The position numbers were made by a program, and so were the translations under genes. From Antedon mediterranea (Eukaryota; Animalia; Echinodermata): a DNA stretch of 64,000 bases. Position 1 is the stretch's first letter. Each line of letters opens with the position of its first letter. This document shows, in pieces, positions 40,701 to 54,400 of this stretch. The notes under the pieces are model-generated. The model was not told the origin of the DNA, did no database searches, and saw only the letters and a list, made by a program, of their open reading frames with translations. The stretch is taken from positions 13,502,795-13,566,794 of the forward strand of contig NC_092670.1 of the NCBI RefSeq assembly GCF_964355755.1, given 5' to 3'.

Positions 40701-41680
40701 GTCGTACTACACCTCCACCAGCCCGCCCTAGTCTGTTTTTTGAAATAAAAGAATAACTGGAGATATTGGTTAATGGATTATCATCTTTCAACCAGGTTTC
40801 CGAGACTGCAATTATATCGAAATCATAATTTACATTGGTTAAAAATAATTTGAAAGAATCAATGTTATGAAGTAAACTTCTAGAATTAATATGCAAAGAA
40901 GAAAAGTGTTTCAAGTTACTGAGCTCTCCAATTAAGTTGGTTAGTTGGTCAGGTTGATAGTACTTATAATTGAGCTGGATAGAGGAAGAGAAGAAATTGG
41001 TATCAGGGTCAAAGTCATGAACATGTTTATCATAGTCTGCGTATGGGTTGAAAATTAAATTATTTAATCGATCTTGGTTAGGAAATGTTTCGGTACAGGG
41101 GTTCATTTGGGAAGAAAATGACATATAAACAAGTACAAATCCAACACAAAAACAAAACCAGATAAACTGGGGACAGGTTAATGAGAAAAATAAATGTACC
41201 AAGTGGAATACCAGAGATCAGTCTCCATTAGAGATAAAAGTGCCTACACATTTTTTTTTTCTTGAAAAAAAAAATTTAAAAAATGTCTTATTAATGTTGT
41301 AGAAATATAAACGAGAACAATTATTTCAATAATGAATTAGGAAATTCAGAAAAAGAAATTATGAATAAACAAGTTGAGGAAACACTTTATATGTAAGGTA
41401 AATAAATTAATAATAATTTCAAAAATTAAGAGTTTATGCAAACAAAATATGTTCTTGAAAAATCAAATGGATCTAAACAGTTCCATGTATGTGTAAGATA
41501 AGAGTTAAATGTTTTCAAGATCAGCAAAAGAACGAATTGGCTTCACAACATCACGGCCTTTAACTTGGATCAATGCAAACACTCTTCCATCTACCGACCA
41601 TGCTGACCATACCCTACTATGCTCACTTGTTTTGCGTAACAGATCGATGCGTTTACGGGTTAAGTCTTCCTGTATGGAAG
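37800..41680 (-). mobile_element. 5'-truncated, frameshifted non-LTR retrotransposon (CR1/L2/Crack-like): ORF1 C-terminus, APE endonuclease, reverse transcriptase, 3' tail
   Basis: ORF1 remnant ~41670-41505 (EDLTRKRIDLL...AWSVDGRVF...DLENI*); APE motifs IIAVSETWL and RAGGGV (ORF 40474-41202); RT motifs KAPGIDDI, NYRPISVLP, GVPHGSLLGPLLFLLYINDI and LYADDT split over frameshifted ORFs 39212-39583 and 38126-39208; AATAAA then (TTGA)n tail at 37800-37833. Confidence 0.93.
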
Positions 41681-42005
41681 CTTAGTATTATTTGTTTACA
41701 TGCTATTTCCTTTTTTTTAATTGTAATATATCCATTATCCATAATATGTACTTTTCAATGAGATATAAATAAATCAAATAAATGACTCAACTTAATTTAT
41801 TTTGATGTGCATTTATTCAAAATAATGGAGGTCACAATAAAGAACATTCGTTTTTATATAAAACAAAATACTAATATATTTGTTTTAACGCGTTATCAAT
41901 TGTTAATTTAATTAGGTTTGAAGGTGACCTAGGCCTAAATAGTCATTCGGATATTTAAATAATTAGGAGGTGCAATAGAAATGGTCCTGAATTCTAAAAT
42001 CCAGG

Positions 42006-42772
42006 TTATCCATTACAAAAAGATCCTTGACAAGCCGCAAAATAAAACCACTGTTTACCGATGTTCGTCGATACCAGCATTTTTTGATAAATCTTGATAT
42101 CCTTGCTCATACAATCCCTATATATTATTTCGAGGCCAGTAGATGTGATTGTATGACCCCACTGAAATAGAAATCATAAAAGTAAATCGTATGCAAATGA
42201 TTTGTCGAAACTGTTTGATAATAGTATACAAAAATACGGTAAAACTAATAGGGCAAATATAAAACATCCTTTTTTTGCGGTTAGTTATTAATGCTTTTGA
42301 AACCATTAATTCACTTACACCACATAATTTATCTTTTCCACATTCAACCTTAATACCATAGTCAAAACAATCTGGGATTACATATGTTGGGTCCAAAAAC
42401 TCTCCCACATTAGAGCACTTGTAACATTCGAGTGAGTTTACTAAAAAAACAAAATAAATTAAAAAAAGGTATTTTATTGATACACATTTTATTAAAAATG
42501 AATCGATTTTTCTTCTATTACTTGAGGACCTATTCACAAACTTTTTCTTCTAGTTCGAAACCGTGAGAAAATTCCCTACGGTTCTTTATTATACCCAGAT
42601 GACAATGAAATGGGAGTAAAGTATCTTGACTATGCTACAAGCAATATATATTTGACATACCGAAGCGATGCCTCTCACATGCTTGTTACAGAATGATTGA
42701 ATCACATAAATAAGTCCAATTACCTTGGTAAGTAAAAAGACTGCAAACTGCTACAAAGATGATCAACTTCAT
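42006..42772 (-). CDS. Secreted three-finger (Ly6/uPAR) protein, paralog B, ~108 aa, 8 Cys
   Basis: Exons 42772-42724 (MKLIIFVAVCSLFTYQ), 42440-42319 (VNSLECYKCSN...DCFD...ECGKDKLCG) and 42161-42006 (WGHTITSTGLEIIYRDCMSKDIKIYQ...WFYFAACQGSFCNG*); same exon structure and phases as paralog A. Confidence 0.88.
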
Positions 42773-44608
42773 TTTCAGCGATTATCAAATGAAAATTCAC
42801 TAGTATACAAATAAACAAAGGAAAGAGACCAAATACATCAACATCAATATTAAAGTACGAAATGTTTAGAAAAGTGGAAAGAATCTCAAATTGGAACTCT
42901 TCTGGAACGTTTTCTATGCTTACACTATAAGACTACTGTATGTTTCATTTTTCGCACCACATAGATTAACGCAATGTGATGGTAGCAGTATTAACAGCTC
43001 TTCTTGGTAAGTATGATCGCAAAGGTGTTTTAATTTATTATCCCATTTAAGAAGACTTATATATGTGAAATGTATCAATCAATATCAATTAAATATATTT
43101 ATTTTTTTACATATTCCCTACATTTACTCTACAATAAACACTTTAGGAATTTGAGCTCTTTTGTTTATGTTATGTATTTTCTGTATTGATGTCTGTGACA
43201 ACCTTTTGTATATTATACATTATTGTACTTTAATTAATGAAATAAACAGGATCATACAATTGGATGATAATAAAAGCGTAGCTGTTTAAAAAATAGAGGT
43301 ATTGTTATTTTAATTGTAATTTTTAATCACCCGCTTTGTTATTAATGATCATTACCATTCCCTAAACAATGATACATTTACCAATTGTTCGATTGATTAC
43401 AACGGCTTGAATCATTATTTTACCAATTAATTATACTTTTATATTTATTCAGTTTAATGGACACATCTTTGCCACTAATTAACATATTTAAGCTTATGGT
43501 AACTTTTACTACCTCTAAATGTGTTATTGCTCTCATAAAACAATCAGTACCAACAATTGGATGGTGGTATTATTCAACGTTTAAAACCATGTCTGGAAAA
43601 TTAGTTTAAATTATGTTCTTTTTACATTTTAAATTAAAATCTTTCAATCAATATTTATGTTATTTATTTATAATGACTGATTTGTATTGCATCACACATT
43701 ACAAATCAGCTTGCTGTTGCTTACAGCTGATGATTACTACTGTATCCTTACTGTGAATATGTTTCACTAATATATAGTTGCTTAAAGACGTGTATCTTCA
43801 TATATTTTTTAGCCCTCTCTTAGATTCAGGTATTTGCGTGTTCACCAAGAAGAATTCTATCTCAATGTGTTTATGCATATTAATTTGACGATATATGTTT
43901 TTTTTTAAAACTTTGTATAGACTAATACATTATATAGGCCTGTATGTGGTACATGCAAGCGAAATCAGACATAAGTCGCATGTGTAAATTTGTAGACAGT
44001 CAAAAATAATAAAAGGCTGAAAAATTACATTTTTTTTTAAATTTGTACAGAAACTGATTTATTTACATTACCTTGGTCTTTTTCTATTTTGCATAAATGT
44101 TTTGTGTGGTATGTTGGTTAAAAAATAGTGTAAATTATATATGATTTTCTAAAAAAAATGCTTTATGCTTAAATTGAAAGTATTCCAGTGGGTTGTTTTT
44201 AATTACAATTTTGAATAATAATAGAACAATAGTTATTTTAACAAAGGTGCGAAATTTCATTGAAATACAACAATTAGAAAACCATTTTCTTAAAGTGTAA
44301 ATTTAAACTTAAACAGTTTGTAAGTGTCATTTCATCTATATATAAATTTACGTAAGGGCAAAAATCGGTAAATCGCGCGTTATTTCTAGAATGTTTACTC
44401 GATGGTATGTAAAGTTGGTTTGTACTTTCGGTACTGATTTTAACCACCTGATGTAACCCTGTCTACTAATTAAATTGAGTTCGATAATTAGTTATTGACG
44501 ATTAAAACGAATTTAGGTTCAACGATTTGCCTCAAATAGGGGTGTTTTCCGATCGTGGAATACACTGTCTAATGGATGTCCATCTTGAAAAATACCCGCC
44601 AAAAAAAT

Positions 44609-45745
44609 GCGAGGAGGCTTCGCATTTTTCTATCTCCTCCTACGATAATTGTTTTTAATAGCTGAAAACCGGTTGAACAGCTAGAGTACACCATCATAAT
44701 GTTGAAGACAGGCCGATTTTCTTTAAAAAATACTATTTTGATAGATTTAATATACGATTATACAAATGTATTGATTTGCGATGAATGGAACATCCCAATC
44801 TCTCAGTCTGCCAGAGTTTGGTTTAACACAAGTACTGTAGGTAAATTTATGAGCCCTTGGTTTAACACATACGGTAGGTAAATATATGGGCCCTTTGAGA
44901 ATAAACTTGCAATACTTTGACAATACTGTAAATACCTATTAACTATTTTTCATTTGAATCGAACATTTCTTACTGTGAATGTTCGTACTGTTAGATGTAA
45001 TATAAAAATATATACAAATAAACTTTATTACTGAGACTGTGGATAGGCTCTACTGTTAGATATACAAATAAACTTTATACTGACATTTCCTTCTCAACGT
45101 TTGTATCAATTAATAATTACCAAAAATATAAACGTCGTAGTGGTGTATCGTGACATGTACTTTAATATTTCAATCGATTATGACAGTGACAGTTTTAACA
45201 AAGTATTAAATCGCAAATGTTTTAGGCCTACTGTATTTAGAGGTATATTATTTATAGGCCTATAAAACATGAACAAAATATTTCGTTACTCAGTGGATAA
45301 AGAATATATTTAAAAATTGTTCCTCTTTGTACCTATCCGCTTTCCCATCCCTCAACCCTAATGTTACATAGCGAGGAGGCTTCGCATTTTCCTATCTCCT
45401 CCTACGATAATTGTTTTTAATAGCTGAAAACCGGTTGAACAGCTAGAGTACACCATCATAATGTTGAAGACAGGCCGATTTTCTTTAAAAAATACTATTT
45501 TGATAGACTGCTAGAGTACACCATCATAATGTTGAAGACAGGCCGATTTTCTTTAAAAAAATACTATTTTGATAGATTTAATATACGATTATACAAATGT
45601 ATTGATTTGCGATGAATGGAACATCCCAATCTCTCAGTCTGCCAGAGTTTGGTTTAACACAAGTACTGTAGGTAAATTTATGAGCCCTTGGTTTAACACA
45701 TACGGTAGGTAAATATATGGGCCCTTTGAGAATAAACTTGCAATA
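44609..45745 (+). repeat. ~305-bp direct duplication (44609-44914 and 45371-45745); second copy has an extra internal ~68-bp tandem duplication
   Basis: GCGAGGAGGCTTCGCATT...GAGAATAAACTTGCAATA occurs twice; GCTAGAGTACACC...TTTTGATAGA repeated at 45442 and 45510. Confidence 0.9.
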
Positions 45746-46859
45746 GGTTCGGAAAATGTTAAAAACCAATTTCTATTATTTGAATCGGTAAACAGTTTCC
45801 ATTTATTATACATTGATAATGAAACATGAAATATTCCTATTTATGTCCCTCGAGGTTCATTACAATTTATATTTAGTAGTCCCACGGACTTCATCTTAGT
45901 CACTCCCCCGAGTGCTAAGGCCAAATTTATGATACCCTACTTTCTATGTAAGTTTAGTTACAGTTAGTTCTTGACGATAATACAACGAATTTAGGTTACA
46001 CCCTTCGGCCGCGAAAACGTTTCTGTACAAATATGATACCGATTGGCTTTATTTCATTCAACAGCGACCATAATCTCGCCAATTACAGGATAGATAAACT
46101 ATTTTATTATTGATGTGCTTATAAATTAAGACTCATGTAAACAGCTTGATTACATCATTTTACAGACAAACGAAACTTTTTTAAACCTACTGTTTCAATA
46201 ACTGAGTATAATACTGTATACGTTTTCATAAGTAAGTGCATATACATTTTCGTGTTTTCATTGACGAGATTGTAATAGTAACTTCAGTAACTATTACAGT
46301 ACTTATTTATTATACGACACAAGACAATTGTATCTGACAGGTACGTACATTATTCTAAAAAAATAAGTCTAGATAGATCCCTTAGGCGTCATAAATCACA
46401 GGCCAACAAATCAGTACTCATGACAGAAATTCGACCCAGTTTGGTTCACACAAATGTTTACAGGAAGTTTAACACCACAACCGATGATTTGCCCTAAATA
46501 TTTAGGTAGACTACAGTTTAATTTTTCACTGAATAGGAGCTTGAATTTCCGATTTCCATTTCGCAGAATGTCTAGGTCTATTTATTGGTTATCCGCAACG
46601 AAGTTGCAGGATAACCTCTTGTGATTGTACGAAATCATCATCATCATCATCATCTTTTTCTTAATTGGTTATCCGCAACGAAGTTGCAGGATAACCTCTT
46701 GTGATTGTACGAAATCATCATTGGTTATCCGCAACGAAGTTGCAGGATAACCTCTTGTGATTGTACGAAATCATCATCATCATCATCATTGGTTATCCGC
46801 AACGAAGTTGCAGGATAACCTCTTGTGATTGTACGAAATCATCATCATCATCATCTTTT

Positions 46860-48479
46860 TTGGTTATCCGCAACGAAGTTGCAGGATAACCTCTTGTAAT
46901 TGTACGAAATCATCATCATCATCATCATCATCATCAACTTTTTATTCTTCTTCTTTCTTTCTGTATGATTTTTGTGTAACGCTTTTCTCTAAAACTCGCA
47001 AACATAACATTTCGGTAACTATCTTAACATATTGACATTTACGTAACGTCGTCAAGCGAAGCTTTTCATGACGTTTACAATTGCGCAACGTGACTTACGC
47101 GCGATTTAACGATTTTGTCGTATTTAACATAGCTCGACAACCAAATAACATTTCAACTTGAAAATTTGCAAAAGTTTAATTTATATCATGCGCTAACTTT
47201 CTGTTGAAAAAAAATTGCGTGTTTTACACAAAGTTACGCGCGCACGCGCATTTAAAATTTCAAAATGCGCAAAATTAATTTATAATCAACTTTCTACGCG
47301 TTTCATGTCGTTTTAAGCATGTCAAAAATTCCCACACGTGCGCACATTTCTACGTGTGCGGTGCGCACGTAGCATTGAAAACGTATTTTTTTCGCGTGAT
47401 TTATGTTTTTCCAGCCTTTTCTAGTAATTTTACCAAATTTTAAACAATTTCGACTTAAAGATACGTCATACGAGCACGTCGAATTGGACAATTTGCGCGT
47501 GTTTTTTATGAAAAGGTTAAAAAATTCGTTTAAAATATGCCTTTTTTTAATCAGTCGTAATTTCTAAACTAGACGGTCAAATTTTTGTGGATGACATATT
47601 CTAGAAGTAGATGAGTTGTAGATATCGGATCAGGTATTAATATGGCTAACCGGACATTGTGACGTCATCGTATGGCCACGCGAATATAAAATTTAGGATT
47701 TTTGTATCTTTCGTCATAGCTCATCACATTGAATAGAGCGCATCTCCACTTATCCGTTTTCCATTTTCACCCCGATTTTGATATTGTCTAGGTCAATCAA
47801 CTATCTTTCGCATGAGTTAAAAATATTTTAATTTTTTTGACGTCATCATGCCTAAAAATTTAAATCACGTGTGGCATCAATTTCATCTTTACAGTAAATT
47901 TTAATCTGTTATAGCTCGTAAGAATAAAATGTGATAATCACGATTAAAACTTTTTCTGGAAGCTATTGGATTGTAGATATGAAATTATGTAAAAATGTTG
48001 CCAATCGGATGTTGTGACGTCATCATATGGCCAGTTAAATAAAAAAGGTCGTATTTTCATCTTTTGCGTCATAATTCATTACATTTAAAAGAGCGCGCAT
48101 CAATATTTCACGTATTCAAATTTCTTCTACACGCTAATACGTTGTTGCTGAGATAATTTCCTTTCGGAATTGCTAACTTAGCGTTTCATTTTAAAACCGT
48201 CAACATGTTAAAAATTGCAATAAATAGCGGGTCCCGTAATTTCACCTATTCTATGTATGTCACTGTATGTAATATGGATACAGATTATACTGTGTATATA
48301 CTATATATGAATTTAAATAATAAAATTCAGCAATAACAACATATCATATTCTTCAGTTCAGGTCATAATGCCAACGTGAACACTTCCTTTTGTCCTCAAC
48401 CTATCCCCTTATATGTTAATGTTGCACCACTTGCGCGGCGGATAACCAAACTCGTCAAAGTGACGAGTTACATGTCTAG
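46860..48479 (+). mobile_element. Representative uninterrupted element (1620 bp); other uninterrupted copies at 48554-50157, 53298-54889, 56540-58134 and 61199-62762
   Basis: Head, microsatellite, body, 3' subTIR, hairpin and CTAG are contiguous. Confidence 0.9.
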
Positions 48480-51400
48480 TTGGTTATCCGCAACGAAGTT
48501 GCAGGATAACCTCTTGTGATTGTACGAAATCATCATCAACATCTTTTTCTTAATTGGTTATCCGCAACGAAGTTGCAGGATAACCTCTTGTGATTGTACG
48601 AAATCATCATCATCATCATCATCAACTTTTTATTCTTCTTCTTTCTTTCTGTATGATTTTTGTGTAACGCTTTTCTCTAAAACTCGCAAACATAACATTT
48701 TGTTAACTATGTTAACATTTTGACATTTATGTAACGTCGTCAAGCGAAGCTTTTCATGATGTTTACAATTGCGCAACGTGACGTACGCGCGATTTAACGA
48801 TTTTATCGTATTTAACATATGTCGAAAACCAAATAACATTTTAAAGTGAAACTTTGCAAAAGTTTAATTTATATCATGCGCTAAATTTCTGTTGAAAAAA
48901 AATTGCGTGTTTTACACAAAGTTACGCGCGCACGCACATTTAAAATTTCAAAATGCGCAAAATTAATTTATAATCAACTTTCTACGCGTTTCATGTCGTT
49001 TTAAGCATGTCAAAAATTCCCACGCGTGCGCACATTTCTACGTGTGCGGTGCGCACGTAGCATTAAAAACGTATTTTTTTCGCGTGATTTATGTTTTTCC
49101 AGCCTTTTCTAGTAATTTTACCAAATTTTAAACAATTTCGACTTAAAGATACGTCATACGAGCACGTCGAATTGGACAATTTGCGCGCGTTTTTTATGAA
49201 AAGGTTAAAAAATTCGTTTAAAATATGTCTTTTTTTAAACACTCGTAATTTCTAAACTAGACGGTCAAATTTTTGTGGATGACATATTCTGGAAGTAGAT
49301 GAGTTGTAGATATCGGATCAGGTATTAATATGGCTTACCGGACATTGTGACGTCATCGTATGGCCACGCGAATATAAAATTTAGTATTTTTGTATCTTTC
49401 GTCATAGCTCATCACATTGAATAGAGCGCATCTCCACTTATCCGTTTTCCATTTTCACCCCGATTTTGATATTGTCTAGGTCAATCAACTATCTTTCGCA
49501 TGAGTTAAAAATATTTTAATTTTTTTGACGTCATCATGCCTAAAAATTTAAATCACGTGTGGCATCAATTTCATCTTTACAGTAAATTTTAATCTGTTAT
49601 AGCTCGTAAGAATAAAATGTGATAATCACGATTAAAACTTTTTCTGGAAGCTATTGGATTGTAGATATGAAATTATGTAAAAATGTTGCCAATCGGATGT
49701 TGTGACGTCATCATATGGCCAGTTAAATAAAAAAGGTCGTATTTTCATCTTTTTCGTCATAATTCATTACATTTAAAAGAGCGCACATCAATATTTAACG
49801 TATTCAAATTTCTTCTACACGCTAATACGTTGTTGCTGAGATAATTTGCTTTCGGAATTGCTAACTTCGCGTTTCATTTTAAAACCATCAACATGTTAAA
49901 AATTGCAATAAATAGCGGGTCCCGTAATTTCACCTATTCTACACTGTATGTGATATGGATACAGATTATACTGTGTATACTATATATGAATTTAAATAAT
50001 AAAATTCAGCAATAACAACAGATCATATTCTTCAGTTCAGGTCATAATGCCAACGTGAACACTTCCTTTTGTCCTCAACCTATCCCCTTAATGTTAATGT
50101 TGCACCACTTGCGCGGCGGATAACCAAACTCGTCAAAGTGACGAGTTACATGTCTAGTCTTCTTTCTTTCTGTATGATTTTTGTGTAACGCTTTTCTCTA
50201 AAACTTGCAAACATAACATTTTGTTAACTATGTTAACATTTTGACATTTATGTAACGTCGTCAAGCGAAGCTTTTCATGATGTTTACAATTGCGCAACGT
50301 GACGTACGCGCGATTTAACGATTTTCTCGTATTTAACATATGTCGAAAACCAAATAACATTTTAAAGTGAAACTTTGCAAAAGTTTAATTTATATCATGC
50401 GCTAACTTTCTGTTGAAAAAAAATTGCGTGTTTTACACAAAGTTACGCGCGCACGCGCATTTAAAATTTCAAAATGCGCAAAATTAATTTATAATCAACT
50501 TTCTACGCGTTTCATGTCGTTTTAAGCATGTCAAAAATTCCCACGCGTGCGCACATTTTTACGTGTGCGGTGCGCACGTAGCATTGAAAACGTATTTTTT
50601 TTGCGTGATTTATGTTTTTCCAGCATTTTCTAGTAATTTTACCAAATTTTAAACAATTTCGACTTAAAGATACGTCATACGAGCACGTCGAATTGGACAA
50701 TTTGCGCGCGTTTTTTATGAAAAGGTTAAAAAATTCGTTTAAAATATGCCTTTTTTTAAACAGTCGTAATTTCTAAACTAGACGGTCAACTTTTTGTGGA
50801 TGACATATTCTGGAAGTAGATGAGTTGTAGGTATCGGATCAGGTATTAATATGGTTAACCGGACATTGTGACGTCATCGTATGGCCACGCGAATACAAAA
50901 TTTAGGATTTTTGTATCTTTCGTCATAGCTCATCACATTGAATAGAGCGCATCTCCACTTATTCGTTTTCCATTTTCACCCCAATTTTGATATTGTCTAG
51001 GTCAATCAACTATCTTTCGCATGAGTTAAAAATATTTTAATTTTTTTGACGTCATCATGCCTAAAAATTTAAATCACGTGTGGCATCAATTTCATCTTTA
51101 CAGTAAATTTTAATCTGTTATAGCTCGTAAGAATAAAATGTGATAATCACGATTAAAACTTTTTCTGGAAGCTATTGGATTGTAGATACGAAATTATGTA
51201 AAAATGTTGCCCATCGGATGTTGTGACGTCATCATATGGCCAGTTAAATAAAAAAGGTCGTATTTTCATCTTTTGCGTCATAATTCATTACATTTAAAAG
51301 AGCGCGCATCAATATTTCACGTATTCAAATTTCTTCTACACGCTAATACGTTGTTGCTGAGATAATTTCCTTTCGGAATTGCTACCTTCGCGTTTCATTT

Positions 51401-54400
51401 TTAAACCGTCAACATGTTAAAAATTGCAATAAATAGCGGGTCCCGTAATTTCACCTATTCTACACTGTATGTCACTGTATGTGATATGGATACAGATTAT
51501 ACTGTGTATACTATATATGAATTTAAATAATAAAATTCAGCAATAACAACATATCATATTCTTCAGTTCAGGTCATAATGCCAACGTGAACACTTCCTTT
51601 TGTCCTCAACCTATCTCCTTAATGTTAATGTTGCACCACTTGCGCGGCGGATAACCAAACTCGTCAAAGTGACGAGTTACATGTCTAGTCTTAATCTTCT
51701 TTCTTTCTGTATGATTTTTGTGTAACGCTTTTCTCTAAAACTTGCAAACATAACATTTTGTTAACTATGTTAACATTTTGACATTTATGTAACGTCGTCA
51801 AGCGAAGCTTTTCATGATGTTTACAATCGCGCAATGTGACGTACGCGCGATTTAACGATTTTCTCGTATTTAACATATGTCGAAAACCAAATAACATTTA
51901 AAAGTGAAACTTTGCAAAAGTTTAATTTATATCATGCGCTAACCTTCTGTTGAAAAAAAATTGCGTGTTTTACACAAAGTTACGCGCGCACGCGCATTTA
52001 AAATTTCAAAATGCGCAAAATTAATTTCTAATCAACTTTCTACGCGTTTCATGTCGGTTTAAGCATGTCAAAAATTCCCACGCATGCGCACAATTTTACG
52101 TGTGCGGAGCGCACGTAGCATTGAAAACGTATTTTTTTCGCGTGATTTATGATTTTCCAGCCTTTTCTAGTAATTTTACCAAATTTTAAACAATTTTGAC
52201 TTAAAGATACGTCATACGAGCACGTCGAATTGGACAATTTGCGCGCGTTTTTTATGAAAACGTTAAAAAATTCGTTTAAAATATGCCTTTTTTAAAACAG
52301 TCGTAATTTCTAAACTAAACGGTCAACTTTTTGTGGATGTCATTTTCTGGAAGTAGATGAGTTGTAGATATTGGATCAGGTATTAATATGGCTAACCGGA
52401 CATTGTGATGTCATCGTATGGCCACGCAAATATAAAATTTAGGATTTTGTATCTTTCGTCATAGCTCATCACATTGAATAGAGCGCATCTCCACTTATCC
52501 GTTTTCCATTTTCACCCCGATTTTGATATTGTCTAGGTCAATCAACTATCTTTCGCATGAGTTAAAAATATTTTAATTTTTTTTACGTCATCGTGCTTAA
52601 AAATTTAAATCACGTGTGGCATTAATTTCATCTTTACAGTAAATTTTAATCTGTTATAGCTCGTAAGAATAAAATGTGATAATCACGATTAAAACTTTTT
52701 CTGGAAGCTATTGGACTGTAGATACGAAATTATGTAAAAATGTTGCCAATCGGATGTTGTGACGTAATCATATGGCCAGTTAAATAAAAAAGGTCGTATT
52801 TTCATCTTTTGCGTCATAATTCATTACATTTAAAAGAGCGCGCATCAATATTTCACGTATTCAAATTTCTTCTACACGCTAATACGTTGTTGCTGAGATA
52901 ATTTCCTTTCGGAATTGGTACCTTCGCGTTTCATTTTAAAACCGTCAACATGTTAAAAAATTGCAATAAATAGCGGGTCCCGTAATTTCACCTATTCTAC
53001 ACTGTATGTGATATGGATACAGATTATACTGTGTATACTATATATGAATTTAAATAATAAAATTCAGCAATAACAACATATCATATTCTTCAGTTCAGGT
53101 CATAATGCCAACGTGAACACTTCCTTTTGTCCTCAACCTATCCCCTTAATGTTAATGTTGCACCACTTGCGCGGCGGATAACCAAACTCGTCAAAGTGAC
53201 GAGTTACATGTCTAGTCAACTTTTTGGTTATCCGCAACGAAGTTGCAGGATAACCTCTTGTGATTGTACGAAATCATCAACATCAACTTTTTATTTTTTG
53301 GTTATCCGCAACGAAGTTGCAGGATAACCTCTTGTGATTGTACGAAATCATCATCATCTTTTTTGTCATCTTCTTTCTTTCTGTATGATTTTTGTGTAAC
53401 GCTTTTCTCTAAAACTTGCAAACATAACATTTTGTTAACTATGTTAACATTTTGACATTTATGTAACGTCGTCAAGCGAAGCTTTTCATGATGTTTACAA
53501 TTGCGCAACGCGACGTACGCGCGATTTAACGATTTACTCGTATTTAACATATGTCGAAAACCAAATAACATTTTAAAGTGAAACTTTGCAAAAGTTTAAT
53601 TTATATCATGCGCTAACTGTCTGTTGAAAAAAAATTGCGTGTTTTACACAAAGTGACGCGCGCACGCGCATTTAAAATTTCAAAATGCGCAAAATTAATT
53701 TATAATCAACTTTCTACGCGTTTCATGTCGTTTTAAGCATGTCAAAAATTCCCACGCGTGCGCACATTTTTACGTGTGCGGTGCGCACGTAGTATTGAAA
53801 ACGTACTTTTTTCGCGTGATTTATATTTTTCCAGCCTTTTCTAGTATTTTTACCAAATTTTAAACAATTTCGACTTAAAGATACGTCATACGAGCACGTC
53901 GAATTGGACAATTAGCGCGCGTTTTTTATGAAAAGGTTAAAAAATTCGTTTAAAATATGCCTTTTTTTAAACAGTCGTAATTTCTAAACTAGACGGTCAA
54001 CTTTTTGTGGATGGCATATTCTGGAAGTAGATGAGTTGTAGATATCGGATCAGGTATTAATATGGCTAACCGGACATTGTGACGTCATTGTATGGCCACG
54101 CGAATATAAAATTTAGGATTTTTGTATCTTTCGTCATAGCTCATCACATTGAATAGAGCGCATCTCCACTTATCCGTTTTCCATTTTCACCCCGATTTTG
54201 ATTTTGTCTAGGTCAATCAAGTATCTTTCGTATGAGTTAAAAATATTTTAATTTTTTTGACGTCATCATGCCTAAAAATTTAAATCACGTGTGGCATTAA
54301 TTTCATCTTTACAGTAAATTTTAATCTGTTATAGCTCGTAAGAATAAAATGTGATAATCAGGATTAAAATTTTTTCTGGAAGCTATTGGATTGTAGATAC

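Noticed and set aside
46585-46935. CRISPR-like run of five ~50-bp palindromic repeats with variable spacers
   Set aside because: The spacers are only (CAT)n/T-run pieces, there are no cas genes and the context is eukaryotic; the repeats are 5' ends of nested transposons.
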